A DNA stretch of 64,000 nt from Pachysolen tannophilus NRRL Y-2460 (taxonomy: Eukaryota), in contig KV454011.1 in assembly GCA_001661245.1 (NCBI GenBank), forward strand, positions 1,204,724 to 1,268,723, read 5' to 3'. The position numbers and the translations under genes were made by a program. Below the pieces are notes generated by a model. The model saw only the letters and a list, made by a program, of their open reading frames with translations, searched no databases and was not told the DNA's origin. This document shows, piece after piece, positions 35,834-46,493 of the stretch (position 1 is its first letter; each line of letters starts with the position of its first letter).

Positions 35834-38128
35834 CTTTTTATTATTATTATTTTTATTTTCTTGCTTTCTCTCAATTCGTTTCTTTTCCTTGTCAATTAAT
35901 CAACTGGAACTTAATTGAGCTAATTTTTTTTTATTATTATTATTAAATAACCTTTGTTGGTATCTAAATTAAAATAACAAAAGTAAATAACAATTAAAGG
36001 AAAAAAAAAAAAAACTAACAAGTAATTGAACTTTTTCTTCCTTCTTTTTAATCAATTAAAGAATTAAAAAAAAAAAAAAGAAAAAGGAACAAAAATTTGA
36101 AGAGAGAACAACAAAATATATTAACCCAAATAAAAGAGAAATAAAAAAAAAGAGAGAGAAGAAAAAAAAAAAGAAAAAGAAAAAAATAATTGATTAAAAG
36201 CAAAGTGAGTTATTATTTATATATATATATACATTGGACAATTTAGGTAAGGATTGTTGAAAATATTCTGTTGTTGTTAAAAATGTCCAAAATTGTCCAA
36301 TTTTTTATTAATTTTTTACGAGGACGGATGGCGGACGGCAGGTTGGTTATGCGGCCCGGAACCCTCAAACAAGCCAAATGAAAACAAACTTTTAATGAAA
36401 CTGTGCGGGACAAGCCGCATGCTATAGGTAAAAAAAATTTTCTGTTTCCAGAAACCGGATTCGCTAGGAAGGTAAGAAAATTAAATAAAAACAAGAAAAA
36501 AAAAAAAAATTCCCGCAAACAAACAATAAAAATTAAAAAAAATTAAAATTTTCATAAGTTTTACGTCGGGGTTTGCAATTCGTTTAGGAAATTTGTAAAC
36601 AAAGTAACAGTAGCCGAGAGAGGAAAAATAATAAAAAAAAAGAAAGTTTGGTTAGGTTTCTTTGGTTTTGGTTCTGGAGGACACGACTTTTAGGTTCATT
36701 TTTTTTTATTATTATTTCAGTTCTTTTAAGCTTTAAGGTAATTTCTTATTTTGTATTTCGGTTTAGGTCAGTTAATTGGCTACGTAATTGTTAAAACTTT
36801 GTACCAGTATTATTATATTATATTATATTAGGTGGGAGGAGAAGACTAAAGCAAGTAACTAATTAATTATCGAATTGAAGTAATTTAATACCGAATAAGT
36901 AGTTAATGTCTAATATTTATAAAAATGGTGGAATAAATTCCAGGTTATTTTCGGTTTTAAAAGTGTCTATGGTAAAATGTAAACAATAATAATCTAGATT
37001 GTAAATTTTTTTATTTTTCCAATTGACCAAACTTTTAACCTAACTATAACTTTTGAGAGAAAAAAAAAAAAAGAAAAAAATTTTTCTTTCTTTCTTTCTT
37101 CCTTTCTCTCTTCCTCACTTGTATTTTCTTTCTTTCTAAGAACTATCTGTTAGCATCGGCCAATTACTTTTGAGTGTTTTTTTTTCATTTTTTTGGTGCA
37201 CCAACCGTTTAAGTCGGTTGATGATGAGTACTATGACTTGCATTATTCACATTTAGTAAGTTGATTGTGTATACATATTTCCATATCTGCTCTTTTAATT
37301 GGGTCGGTCGGTACTTCTTGATGAGCAGCAGAAAATGTTAAAAAAAGCAGCAGCCACGTCCCCCTAGAAACCGTAAGTATGTGGAAAAAAAAATAACAAA
37401 AAAAAAAAAACAAAACAAAACAAAACAAAGAAAAAGAAAAAGAAAAAAAAATTTTTTGTGATAGTTTGTTTTTTCCCTTTTGGGACTCGGTTTCCAATTT
37501 AGGAGTTGTTATTACCGCTTTATGCAAAAAAAAAAAAAAATAATAAAAGATGTACAATGATGGTAGTTACCTATGCTTTACTTACCTTACAATTAGTTAC
37601 CGGAGTGCGACGGAATTTTTTTTATAAGTTATATTTATGTCTGCGTAAATTGTATCCTGCCAACCCGTTTTCATAGAAACTAGAAACTTGAAAATTTATA
37701 AACTAGATTTTCGAAATTTGAAATACAAACAACTGATTGAATAAAAACTATCCGAAAACGGAATAAAATAAGCGAAAAGAAAAGAAAAGAAAAAAAAAAA
37801 AAAAAAAAAACCAAATTGTTCTGAAATTCAGAATTGAAAAATCAGAATTGAAAATTCAGAATCAGAATGAATTGTAGTGTTTTTTCTTAATAGTAGTGCA
37901 AGTTTATGATAATATCCGGTTTAGGGTTATTTGGTGTTTCGGTAAACGACTAAGCGGACTTCACTGCTCTCTTTCTCTCTTTCGGTCTTTCTCTTTTTTA
38001 TTAAGTAAATGATAAATAATTTATTATTATTATATATTTATTATTTATTATTACGTGTTGTATTATAATAGATAAAAATCATATTTTTTTTTTTATTTTT
38101 TATTATTTAAAATAAATCCATTAGGGAA

Positions 38129-39843
38129 ATGTCTTCTACAGGTGTCGGAAATAATAATGACACAAGCAGTGGTGGTGGTGGTAATGATGATGATGATTTA
38201 TTTATGACTTCTGTAAATGGGGCGATACAACTTTCATTAGCTCAAGATAAGCCATTATTAATTTTTTTAACAAATCAAACTTCTAAACAATCAAAAGATT
38301 TTTATTTAAAATTTATATCAAATAATAAGAAACAACTATTAAGTTTCCGAAATTCAATTATTTTTTTAAAATTAATTGAATCAACAAGAGAATTTGGTTT
38401 TTTTAAAGAAATTTTTACAAAATTAATTATACCAAGTGTTTATATTATTAAAAATGGGTCAATATTGGATATAATATCAGATTTCAAACTAACTATTCAA
38501 GATTTTAATAAAAAAATTGAAAAAATAATTTCAAATAATAATAATAATAATGGTTTATCATCAAATTCAAATTCTAAAGCTTCTTCTTCTAAAAAATCTC
38601 ATACTAAGAAATATTCAAGTTTAAAAGAAGAATCAGCAGAAACTGCTGCTAAAATTTATAGAGAGAATTTGGCAAAACAGCAAAGATTGGAAAAAGAAGA
38701 AAAACTGAGGATCTTGAAGTTGTTGGAGTTTGATAAAGAAGAGAGAAGGAAAAAACGGGCTGCAGAACGTAGATTTTCTTCAAATAGCATGGACGAGTCA
38801 TCGCCGGTCCGTGAGGAGTTTCACCGTGATAGTACAGAGAGTCCCAGTAGTCCTTCAGCTGCTGCCGCTTCTACTGCTGCAGGTGAACCAGTATTCCCAA
38901 GAGAAAATCTTCACGGAAACACACATGATAATGATGCAGAATACCTTATTCAATTAAAATTATTCAACGGACATAGTTTAAAACAAAATTTCCCAAGTAA
39001 CGTTACATTATCACAAATTAGAGCTTTCATAAATGAAAATTACCCCGAATATCAACAAACTCCGTATCATTTCTTTATGCCTATATACAGAATAAATTAT
39101 AGTGATAATGATGAGTTGAATAAAAGTTTAAAAGAATTGAAATTAAATAGAGCTGTGTTGATAATAAAACCAAGTGACCATTTTTCAACAAGCTCTCATC
39201 AGGGGTACCAACTGGATCCTAATGATTTATCAAACCAGCAAAGCAGTCTAGGTTGGATTTCTAGCAGTTTTGGTGGATTAATTGGTGGGATTTTTGGTCG
39301 TGGGAAAGCAGGTCCTCATAACCAACGTATCACGAATTTGAATGCAAATAATAATAACAATAATAATAATAATGATAATGATAATAATGATAATTTAAAT
39401 ATTGATGAAATTGTTGCAGCTGCAAGCGGTGGTAACAATAGCAATAGCAATAGCAATAGTCATAGTGGAAGATCAGATAGCTTAGCATCAAGTATTGTCA
39501 CCAATCATGGAACTAACGACATTACTTTTGATCCTTATGAAAACGGGAATAACATTGTTTCTGATCAATCGCAATATTCCACACCAACAAATAGGAGATC
39601 ACGAGAATCGACTAGGGCCTCGACACCAAGACCAACGTTAAATTTAACATCATCTACAAATAATTTTAGCTTAACGAATAGTAGTCAAGTAAATATTGGT
39701 GATCCTCATCCTTTAGAACAAAATGATAACGGTGGTAAAAAAAAAAAGATGACGATAGGCTTGTCTATAATGGGAATCAATTGAGTTTAGAAGATGATTC
39801 AAAAGACTTTAGAAAATTTCATACTGACAAGGATGAATCGTAA
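38129..39843 (+). CDS. UBX7: UBX-domain Cdc48 cofactor (Ubx6/Ubx7/UBXN4 type); apparent frameshift at A11 run 39737-39747
   Basis: Thioredoxin-like N-terminus, coiled coil, UBX domain (IQLKLFNG..FP..TL..IR.FI). The as-read frame stops at 39784; the alternative frame gives DDDRLVYNGNQLSLEDD..TAA ending at 39843. Confidence 0.8.
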
Positions 39844-40029
39844 ATTAATTTATTTTATTTTTTTTTTTTTTTTTTTTTTTTATTTTTATATATTTATATA
39901 TATAAGGTGCGCTGTGTGTATCGGTATGGTGGGAATAAATTTTTATATTTAACAAAGTATATACGTATATATATATATATATATTTATATTTATCTATCT
40001 CTAAGGTTAATTTTTTTTTTTATTTATAT

Positions 40030-41211
40030 TTAAACTGTTATAGGACCAAATTCTTCACTATAAATATTTTTAATATTTTTTTCTTTTAAAATTTCATTAA
40101 TTTCATTCATGAATCTGAAAGGACCTACTAAATAAATTGATTCATCACCTTTAAGAAATTCGAAATCGGTTTTGTTCATTCTTCTATAAATAAATTCGGT
40201 ATCATTTCCATCTTCTTCAGTAATGAATTTAATAATTTGGAAATTTTTTCCATATTGCAATTGTAATGAATTTAACCAATTTTTAAAAGGCATTGAATTA
40301 ATTGTTTTATTAGAAAATAATAATTTAACCTTACGATTTTGACTTAATGCATATTCTGTAATTGAAACCATAGGAGTTATACCTATACCACCAGCTATTA
40401 AGACCATTTCTGAATCAGCAGGGCCTTCTTCGTATAATAATTCTCCATTTGGTGGTGAACAACCAATGATATCACCAATATTTAAACCACCATCATGGAT
40501 AAAACTAGATATAACACCATTTGGATCTTTACGAACAGAAATTCTATATTTATTTTCATCAAAAAATTCTGAAAGTGTAAATTCACGTTGAGTAGAAATT
40601 TTTGAGATTTTATTTGGAGGGAATCTTATACAAATGTATTGACCTGGTTTAGGTGTTGCAGGTTTAGATCCATCTAATGGTGCAAAATAAATTGATTTAA
40701 CATTATCAGATTCATCAACAATATCCAAGATTTTAAAATCTTTAAAATCACGCCAAGAATTTGGTGATGAAGCTTGTTCATCATATTTCAGTGCTTCTGC
40801 ATTGATCAAGATATTTGCCAATTGGAAATATGCTAATTCCCAAGCTTTCATAAATTCCAGAGTTGCAACTTCATCACCTAACATTTTATGTAATTGATAT
40901 AATAAACATTCACCAACTACTTGATAATGTTCAGCTTTAATTTGTAAACCAACATGTTTAACAACAACATGGTGAACAAACGAAGTTAATGGTGTTAAAT
41001 CATCAATATTTTTAGCATATTGAAGTAATGCATGGGCTAAAATTTTTGGTTGCCTTAAACTTTCATGATGAGCTTGATTAAAATAAGGTAAAACTTCTGG
41101 GTGTGTATTAAACATATGAGAATAAAATCCATATGTTAAATCCACACCACTAGACTCCAAAACTGGAATCGAATTTTTAATAATAGTTTTCTGATCTTCG
41201 GTTAAAGACAT
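40030..41211 (-). CDS. YHB1: Flavohemoglobin / nitric oxide dioxygenase
   Basis: Globin domain (FY..MF..HPE..YFN, QPKILA, KHVGLQI..EHY..VG), FAD/NAD domains (PGQYI, REFTLS, AGGIGITPM, EEFGP). Confidence 0.95.
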   Translation of the reverse strand: MSLTEDQKTIIKNSIPVLESSGVDLTYGFYSHMFNTHPEVLPYFNQAHHESLRQPKILAHALLQYAKNIDDLTPLTSFVHHVVVKHVGLQIKAEHYQVVGECLLYQLHKMLGDEVATLEFMKAWELAYFQLANILINAEALKYDEQASSPNSWRDFKDFKILDIVDESDNVKSIYFAPLDGSKPATPKPGQYICIRFPPNKISKISTQREFTLSEFFDENKYRISVRKDPNGVISSFIHDGGLNIGDIIGCSPPNGELLYEEGPADSEMVLIAGGIGITPMVSITEYALSQNRKVKLLFSNKTINSMPFKNWLNSLQLQYGKNFQIIKFITEEDGNDTEFIYRRMNKTDFEFLKGDESIYLVGPFRFMNEINEILKEKNIKNIYSEEFGPITV

Positions 41212-42079
41212 AACGGAAAGTAATTGAATTGAATTGAATTAAATAATAAATATAAATAAACTGTATACAAGAGTTTTTGAATAAAGATAGAAAAGAAAAA
41301 CTATTAAACTTCTTTTTTACAATAATTACATCCAGTTATCGTTACTGGTTTAAATACCGTTTTTTTTATATATCAAAATTTTTCAAGTCGCCTTATCAAG
41401 TTTTTAAACTGATCTAATTCCTGGAATGATTATTAAGAATTAACATGAAGTAGTCAGTTAGTTAAGTTAGTTTTATACAGTCTCATCGCATCATCGCATA
41501 ATTGTACATATTTGTTTACATTAACTGGCCAATTATGGTCCCGCAGAGTAAGCTGCCAAAGAAATAAAATCAGCCCTTAATGATCTTGGTGGGCTGATAA
41601 AACAGTGAAAAACTGAAGATCCCGCCGCCTGGCCTCTCTTTTTTACAAAGTATTCTCCGCCTATTTCTTTTTATTTTTTCCTAATTTTTTACTAATTTAT
41701 TAACTGGACGGCTTACCGCTGAATACAACAGGAGCTGCGTACCGCAAATTGCGAGCAATAAGGAAGCATAAATGCGGTAGTGGCTCTTTCTCTAATTATG
41801 CCCAAAAGAGTAAAAAAGGGAGTTTCCCAAAATAAAAAAGAAAACCTTTGTTTAAATAAAACACGGCAAAGAGGACAAACAAAGAGGACAAAGAAAAGAG
41901 GAACTCATCGTTATTAAATAGTTAATTTAAATAATTGATTTCTTTCTTTTTATTTATCCTGTTCCATTTATTTATTATTATTTTGCTGATTTTATTGGAA
42001 TTGGAAGTTTTATTGCTTTTTGCTACTTCTTTTATCTTTCGAATCTAGAGCATTTCCAGATACACAACTACTACAAACT

Positions 42080-42085
42080 ACGCGT
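42080..42085. promoter_or_regulatory. MCB-like element ACGCGT upstream of BNI4
   Basis: Exact hexamer about 500 bp upstream of the ATG. Confidence 0.35.
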
Positions 42086-42582
42086 CACTCCCACTTTCAC
42101 TCCCTTTTTTTTTTTATTTTTTTATTTTTTTTTTTTTTACTTTGGCGTTTAATTTTCCTTGCATATTAAGGTAACAAACAACATAACATAGATCTCCTTG
42201 ACTTAGATATTTTCAATTTTTACGATAATAAATATTGGTTTCTTTTATTTGCAATTCTCTTATGAACAAAGAAGATAGACTATTTACTACTTTAGAGTAT
42301 TAAATTGAGGTTTCAAACTTTCCATTAAAAAAAAATACTCATTGCTATAAAGAATTTTTTTTTTATTTTTTTGCTTTTTTTTTTTTCTGGTTTTCGGTTT
42401 TTGGTTTATCTTCACTGTTTGGTACTAACAAAAGACGGTTTGAATAGTTATATTTGCAAATAACGATTAGTGGACTATTTTGAATTCACATTTTATTTTA
42501 TTTATAAAGAAATAAAAAAAAAAGAAGAAGAGGAAAGAGTTTTTTTTTTCCAAATTATTTAAAACTTATTATTTGGTACCAA

Positions 42583-45500
42583 ATGGAATCTACCGCTATA
42601 ACAGAAGTTTATAACTCCTATCGTCTGCATAATAACCGAAATCGCTATAATCATAGTTTAAATTCAAATTCAACAGCAGATATGACAGAAGATGAGGATT
42701 TCAAAGCTTTTTCGCATTCATCTTCTTTCCAAACAAGTTCTGCTAATTCATCACCAGTAAATGATGTTAATTTTGGTGGACACGGTCAAAGAAGAAAAGA
42801 TATTTCAGTATTAAATGGAGATTTTTATTCTGGACCATCTTTGAATAATAATTATTTGAATAATAGAAACCATTCGAATTATATTAGAAGGTCGTTGTTG
42901 ATCTCACCATCGTTGAAAAATCTTCAACGCGATTTATACGAAAATGATCCAGATTTGAAACCGGTATCTACTGTATATGAATCAATAAGAGAAACTCATC
43001 ATCGTGAAGTTCATCAAGTACGTGAACTACGTGAGTTACGTGAGTTACGTGAATTACGTGAATTACGTGAATTACGCGAAGCAAACGAAGCAAACGAAGT
43101 AAATAATGTTCAAGAGATTCCAACAACAAATCTAGGTATGGTAAATAGTCCTAGTTTCCGTGCTTTGGAAAATATAGTCAATGAAAAAAATAAAAGAAAT
43201 TCAACTTGTTTACCTCAAAAGAGATATAGTATTATTTCAGAAGCTGAAGAATCATCTCCAGAATCAGTTTCAGAGCCTGTACTTGATTTGGTACTAACAC
43301 AGACTGGTCAAGATATACAAGATTTTCAAGATCCATTATTAACAACACTGAAAAATCAATCACAAATATCATTAGGAACTTTTTATACTGCAAAATCTTC
43401 TGGTACTTCTATAATTGATACAAATGATAATTCTAGTGCATATACTTTAGAAAATGCAGCTTTCTTAAAACAAGAAAATAGTGATGATTTAATAGATTTA
43501 TCATCACCTTTGCAATCTTTTACTCCAAGATTAAATAATGCTGCTGAAACCTTAGCTGTTAAAAGTTTAGGAATATTATCTCCAGAACCAAATGAAAATA
43601 ATATATACAGAATTCAAAAAGTAAATTCAAAAGTTTACAGAGATTCAATTATTAATTGTGATAATGAAAAAGAATTACCTCAGCTTCCAAAAAGTGCAAC
43701 TACTAATTATACTTATAAGTATTCTTCAATGCTTGATAGTGCAGAAATCTATGATTCTAACAATAATAATCAACATCAAAGAAAAAATTCTTTACAAGCT
43801 ATACCATTAAACATGAAAAATAATAAAACAACTAATGGAAATGTTAAAGACAATATTAATAGTAACGCTGTAATTGATGTTCCTAAAAGAATAACTTCTT
43901 TAAGTAAAGAAAAACAAGAACTGGAAATTAAAAAAAATAGAAGAAGAAGTTTTGTTGGATTTTTTAAATCTAAAAAATCAACTTCAACTGTTGATTTTAC
44001 TTCAAAAGCTCATACAACAGGGGATCATACATCGGAGCAAAATGAACGAAAAAACAAGAACTTGGAATTACAACAAAGCGCTGTTCATTCAAATGCGATC
44101 GCTAAAGAAGATTATTCAAGGTCCAAAAGTTATTCCAATTTTGAAACTTTAACTCATAAAAAACATAATGATGATGTTAATATTAGTACAAGAAAAAGTA
44201 TACTTTCTGCATTTAAACGTAAAAGTAATATTGCTGGGGGATCAATAGTGACATCGTTTGAAAATGGTAAAAAAGATGATTCGGATTACGAAGAAATTGA
44301 CTTTGATTCAGCAGTAGCAAGAGACATGAAAAAATCACAAGAGAGATCATTAAGCTCACCAATATCGCTTAAATCACAAAATAAAACTTATTCTCTTACT
44401 AATACAGATACAAGCTACCGTAATGGTAATAAAAGGGATTCTATATTAGTTCTGTCATCAGATCTTAAAGATCGACAATTAAATGAAAAAAAAGAAGGAT
44501 CAACTTTATTCAAAGATTTGAGCTTCTCACAATCAATGGTATCATCAATTGATCGTAACTATACTATCGTCAATGACTCTCAAAACGATATAAGTGAGAT
44601 TCAGGCTGAGAGCTCACTACTTGATGGTAGTAATGAAAGAGATGAATTTAATTCAAGTTTCAATTCCATAAAAGAATCTTATAGTTTTGTTCAAGAAAAT
44701 GGAGAGAATAATATTTACAATAAATATTCATCACTCAAACAGCAGCAGCAGCAGCAGCAACCACAGCAACAACAACAATCTTTTTTGACGAGAGATTTAA
44801 GTATAGGGAGCTTCAATATCAATGTTGATGAGTACAATTTGGACAATTATTCCAAAATAACTCCAAGAATCCAGCAAACTTCAGAGATGAAGTCACCAAA
44901 TAAAATGCAGAACTTATTGGGTGAAGCATTGTTCCCTAAAAAATTGGATATTCATGAAGTTGAGAGCATCACAACTTTGGAAAGATCAAGATCAATGAAG
45001 TCTATCAGGTCGAATAATACGCATGGAAATCGTGATCATTCCATAGATGGAATGACTGTACTTAGGTCGCCTGCTTCTTCCCAATATCAATGGTCTCCTG
45101 ACAAAATAATATCTTCTCCAACTAGTATATTGAAGAAAACAAGGAGCTCTTCAATAGCAGATCATGATTCAGAAGAAGATTTCGAAAATGGAGACGATTT
45201 AATGGAATTTGCAGCAATGATTGACTTTGGAGATGAAGAATTGGATTTGAGTTTTGACTTTGGGGATGACGATGTTACTCCTAAAATAAATGAAGTAACC
45301 GATGTAAGAATAGAGACCCCAATAAAACCATCAGTGCCACCACTTGATGATCGAAATGCACTATTTCTCAAAAGCGAAGAGCTAAATCCTGCTATAGTAG
45401 AAAATGAAGAGGAAGAGGAAGTAATATCTGACTATAGTATTAAATTAGAACGTCAACATGAACATGATGCTTTAGTTCCAGAAGAGAGTTATGTACATCC

Positions 45501-46188
45501 TTTCGATGTCGCTGAGCAAAATATCATTCAAACTTTAAACCCGGCTAAATTAGATCCTCTAGATATTAAAGTTACAAAAGAGTTAGGTTCTATTCCTATA
45601 CAGCCTGAGAATAACTATGGAAGTGATCTCAAGATTCACCAAAATCATCATACTTACAATTCTGAAGTCCTGAATCAAACCTCGATGGCAAAATTGCAAC
45701 ATATAGATTCATACTCCCCAGAACAGAGGCAACATGGAAAATATGAAGATTATGAAGAAATAGAGCAGCAGAGCCCAGTTTTATCTTATAAGGGCTTAAA
45801 AGGACCAAGATTTGGTGAAACAAACATTCATATTCCTCATTCATCATCTTTGTTTTCAAAAACAGATTTGGAAAATTCTTTAGCGTACCCTAGAGACAGC
45901 TTACTTTCCATTCAAAACTTATCGTCCCCATCAGGATTAAATTTAAGATTAGCAAATAATAATATTAATGCTAATGTAGCTAGAAAATTAAAAAAAGGAG
46001 TTAAATTTTCTTCTCGTATTATTCTTTACGATACTTACGACGGTGAAGAATACGATAGACATCCAGAAAATGCTACTTGTAATCAATTGACTCCAGCTTT
46101 GGCACTGCTGATCAAAGAAGAGTTGAATTCTGTTAAAAGAGAAATGGAAGTTCATGAGAATTCCAAATGTTATACACATTTTTTTTAA
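42583..46188 (+). CDS. BNI4: Bud-neck scaffold / PP1-targeting protein Bni4
   Basis: LFPKKL...EVESI..LERSRSMKS block; C-terminal GVKFSS..YDTY..EYDRHP..TCNQLTP..IKEELN..K.EMEVH..S.CYTHFF. Confidence 0.85.
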   Translation: MESTAITEVYNSYRLHNNRNRYNHSLNSNSTADMTEDEDFKAFSHSSSFQTSSANSSPVNDVNFGGHGQRRKDISVLNGDFYSGPSLNNNYLNNRNHSNYIRRSLLISPSLKNLQRDLYENDPDLKPVSTVYESIRETHHREVHQVRELRELRELRELRELRELREANEANEVNNVQEIPTTNLGMVNSPSFRALENIVNEKNKRNSTCLPQKRYSIISEAEESSPESVSEPVLDLVLTQTGQDIQDFQDPLLTTLKNQSQISLGTFYTAKSSGTSIIDTNDNSSAYTLENAAFLKQENSDDLIDLSSPLQSFTPRLNNAAETLAVKSLGILSPEPNENNIYRIQKVNSKVYRDSIINCDNEKELPQLPKSATTNYTYKYSSMLDSAEIYDSNNNNQHQRKNSLQAIPLNMKNNKTTNGNVKDNINSNAVIDVPKRITSLSKEKQELEIKKNRRRSFVGFFKSKKSTSTVDFTSKAHTTGDHTSEQNERKNKNLELQQSAVHSNAIAKEDYSRSKSYSNFETLTHKKHNDDVNISTRKSILSAFKRKSNIAGGSIVTSFENGKKDDSDYEEIDFDSAVARDMKKSQERSLSSPISLKSQNKTYSLTNTDTSYRNGNKRDSILVLSSDLKDRQLNEKKEGSTLFKDLSFSQSMVSSIDRNYTIVNDSQNDISEIQAESSLLDGSNERDEFNSSFNSIKESYSFVQENGENNIYNKYSSLKQQQQQQQPQQQQQSFLTRDLSIGSFNINVDEYNLDNYSKITPRIQQTSEMKSPNKMQNLLGEALFPKKLDIHEVESITTLERSRSMKSIRSNNTHGNRDHSIDGMTVLRSPASSQYQWSPDKIISSPTSILKKTRSSSIADHDSEEDFENGDDLMEFAAMIDFGDEELDLSFDFGDDDVTPKINEVTDVRIETPIKPSVPPLDDRNALFLKSEELNPAIVENEEEEEVISDYSIKLERQHEHDALVPEESYVHPFDVAEQNIIQTLNPAKLDPLDIKVTKELGSIPIQPENNYGSDLKIHQNHHTYNSEVLNQTSMAKLQHIDSYSPEQRQHGKYEDYEEIEQQSPVLSYKGLKGPRFGETNIHIPHSSSLFSKTDLENSLAYPRDSLLSIQNLSSPSGLNLRLANNNINANVARKLKKGVKFSSRIILYDTYDGEEYDRHPENATCNQLTPALALLIKEELNSVKREMEVHENSKCYTHFF
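43021..43080 (+). repeat. Coding 9-nt tandem repeat (REL)x6 in BNI4
   Basis: Six CGTGARYTA units followed by CGCGAA. Confidence 0.9.
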
Positions 46189-46493
46189 ACCATTTTATTA
46201 ACAACGGACGAGATATTTTGTTTTTTTCTTTTTTGTATTTCAGCATATTTGATTTAAAGGTTAAGGACAGACATGCCTCATCATGTTTAAATAATTCATT
46301 AGGTATTTATTTTAGATTTATGTACTTATGCTAAACTGTTCGTTTTTTAACCGTTTATTTTGTTTCGTTTTACCTTTTTTTTTTTTTTCTATTTGCTTGT
46401 GGGGACCTTTTAACTATTTTACAGACGGTTAAAATATTTTATCAAATAAACTCTTGAATATTTACATTTCTAGTTCTTGTATTATAATAATAT

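Noticed and set aside
37828..37867. TCAGAATTGAAAA tandem repeats upstream of the UBX gene as a possible HSE
   Set aside because: TTC/GAA spacing is 1 nt rather than 2; looks like a simple short duplication.
35834..38128. 2.3-kb intergenic region as a possible hidden gene or LTR
   Set aside because: Only homopolymer-derived ORFs and no LTR or tRNA signature seen; long upstream regions are ordinary for PMA1.
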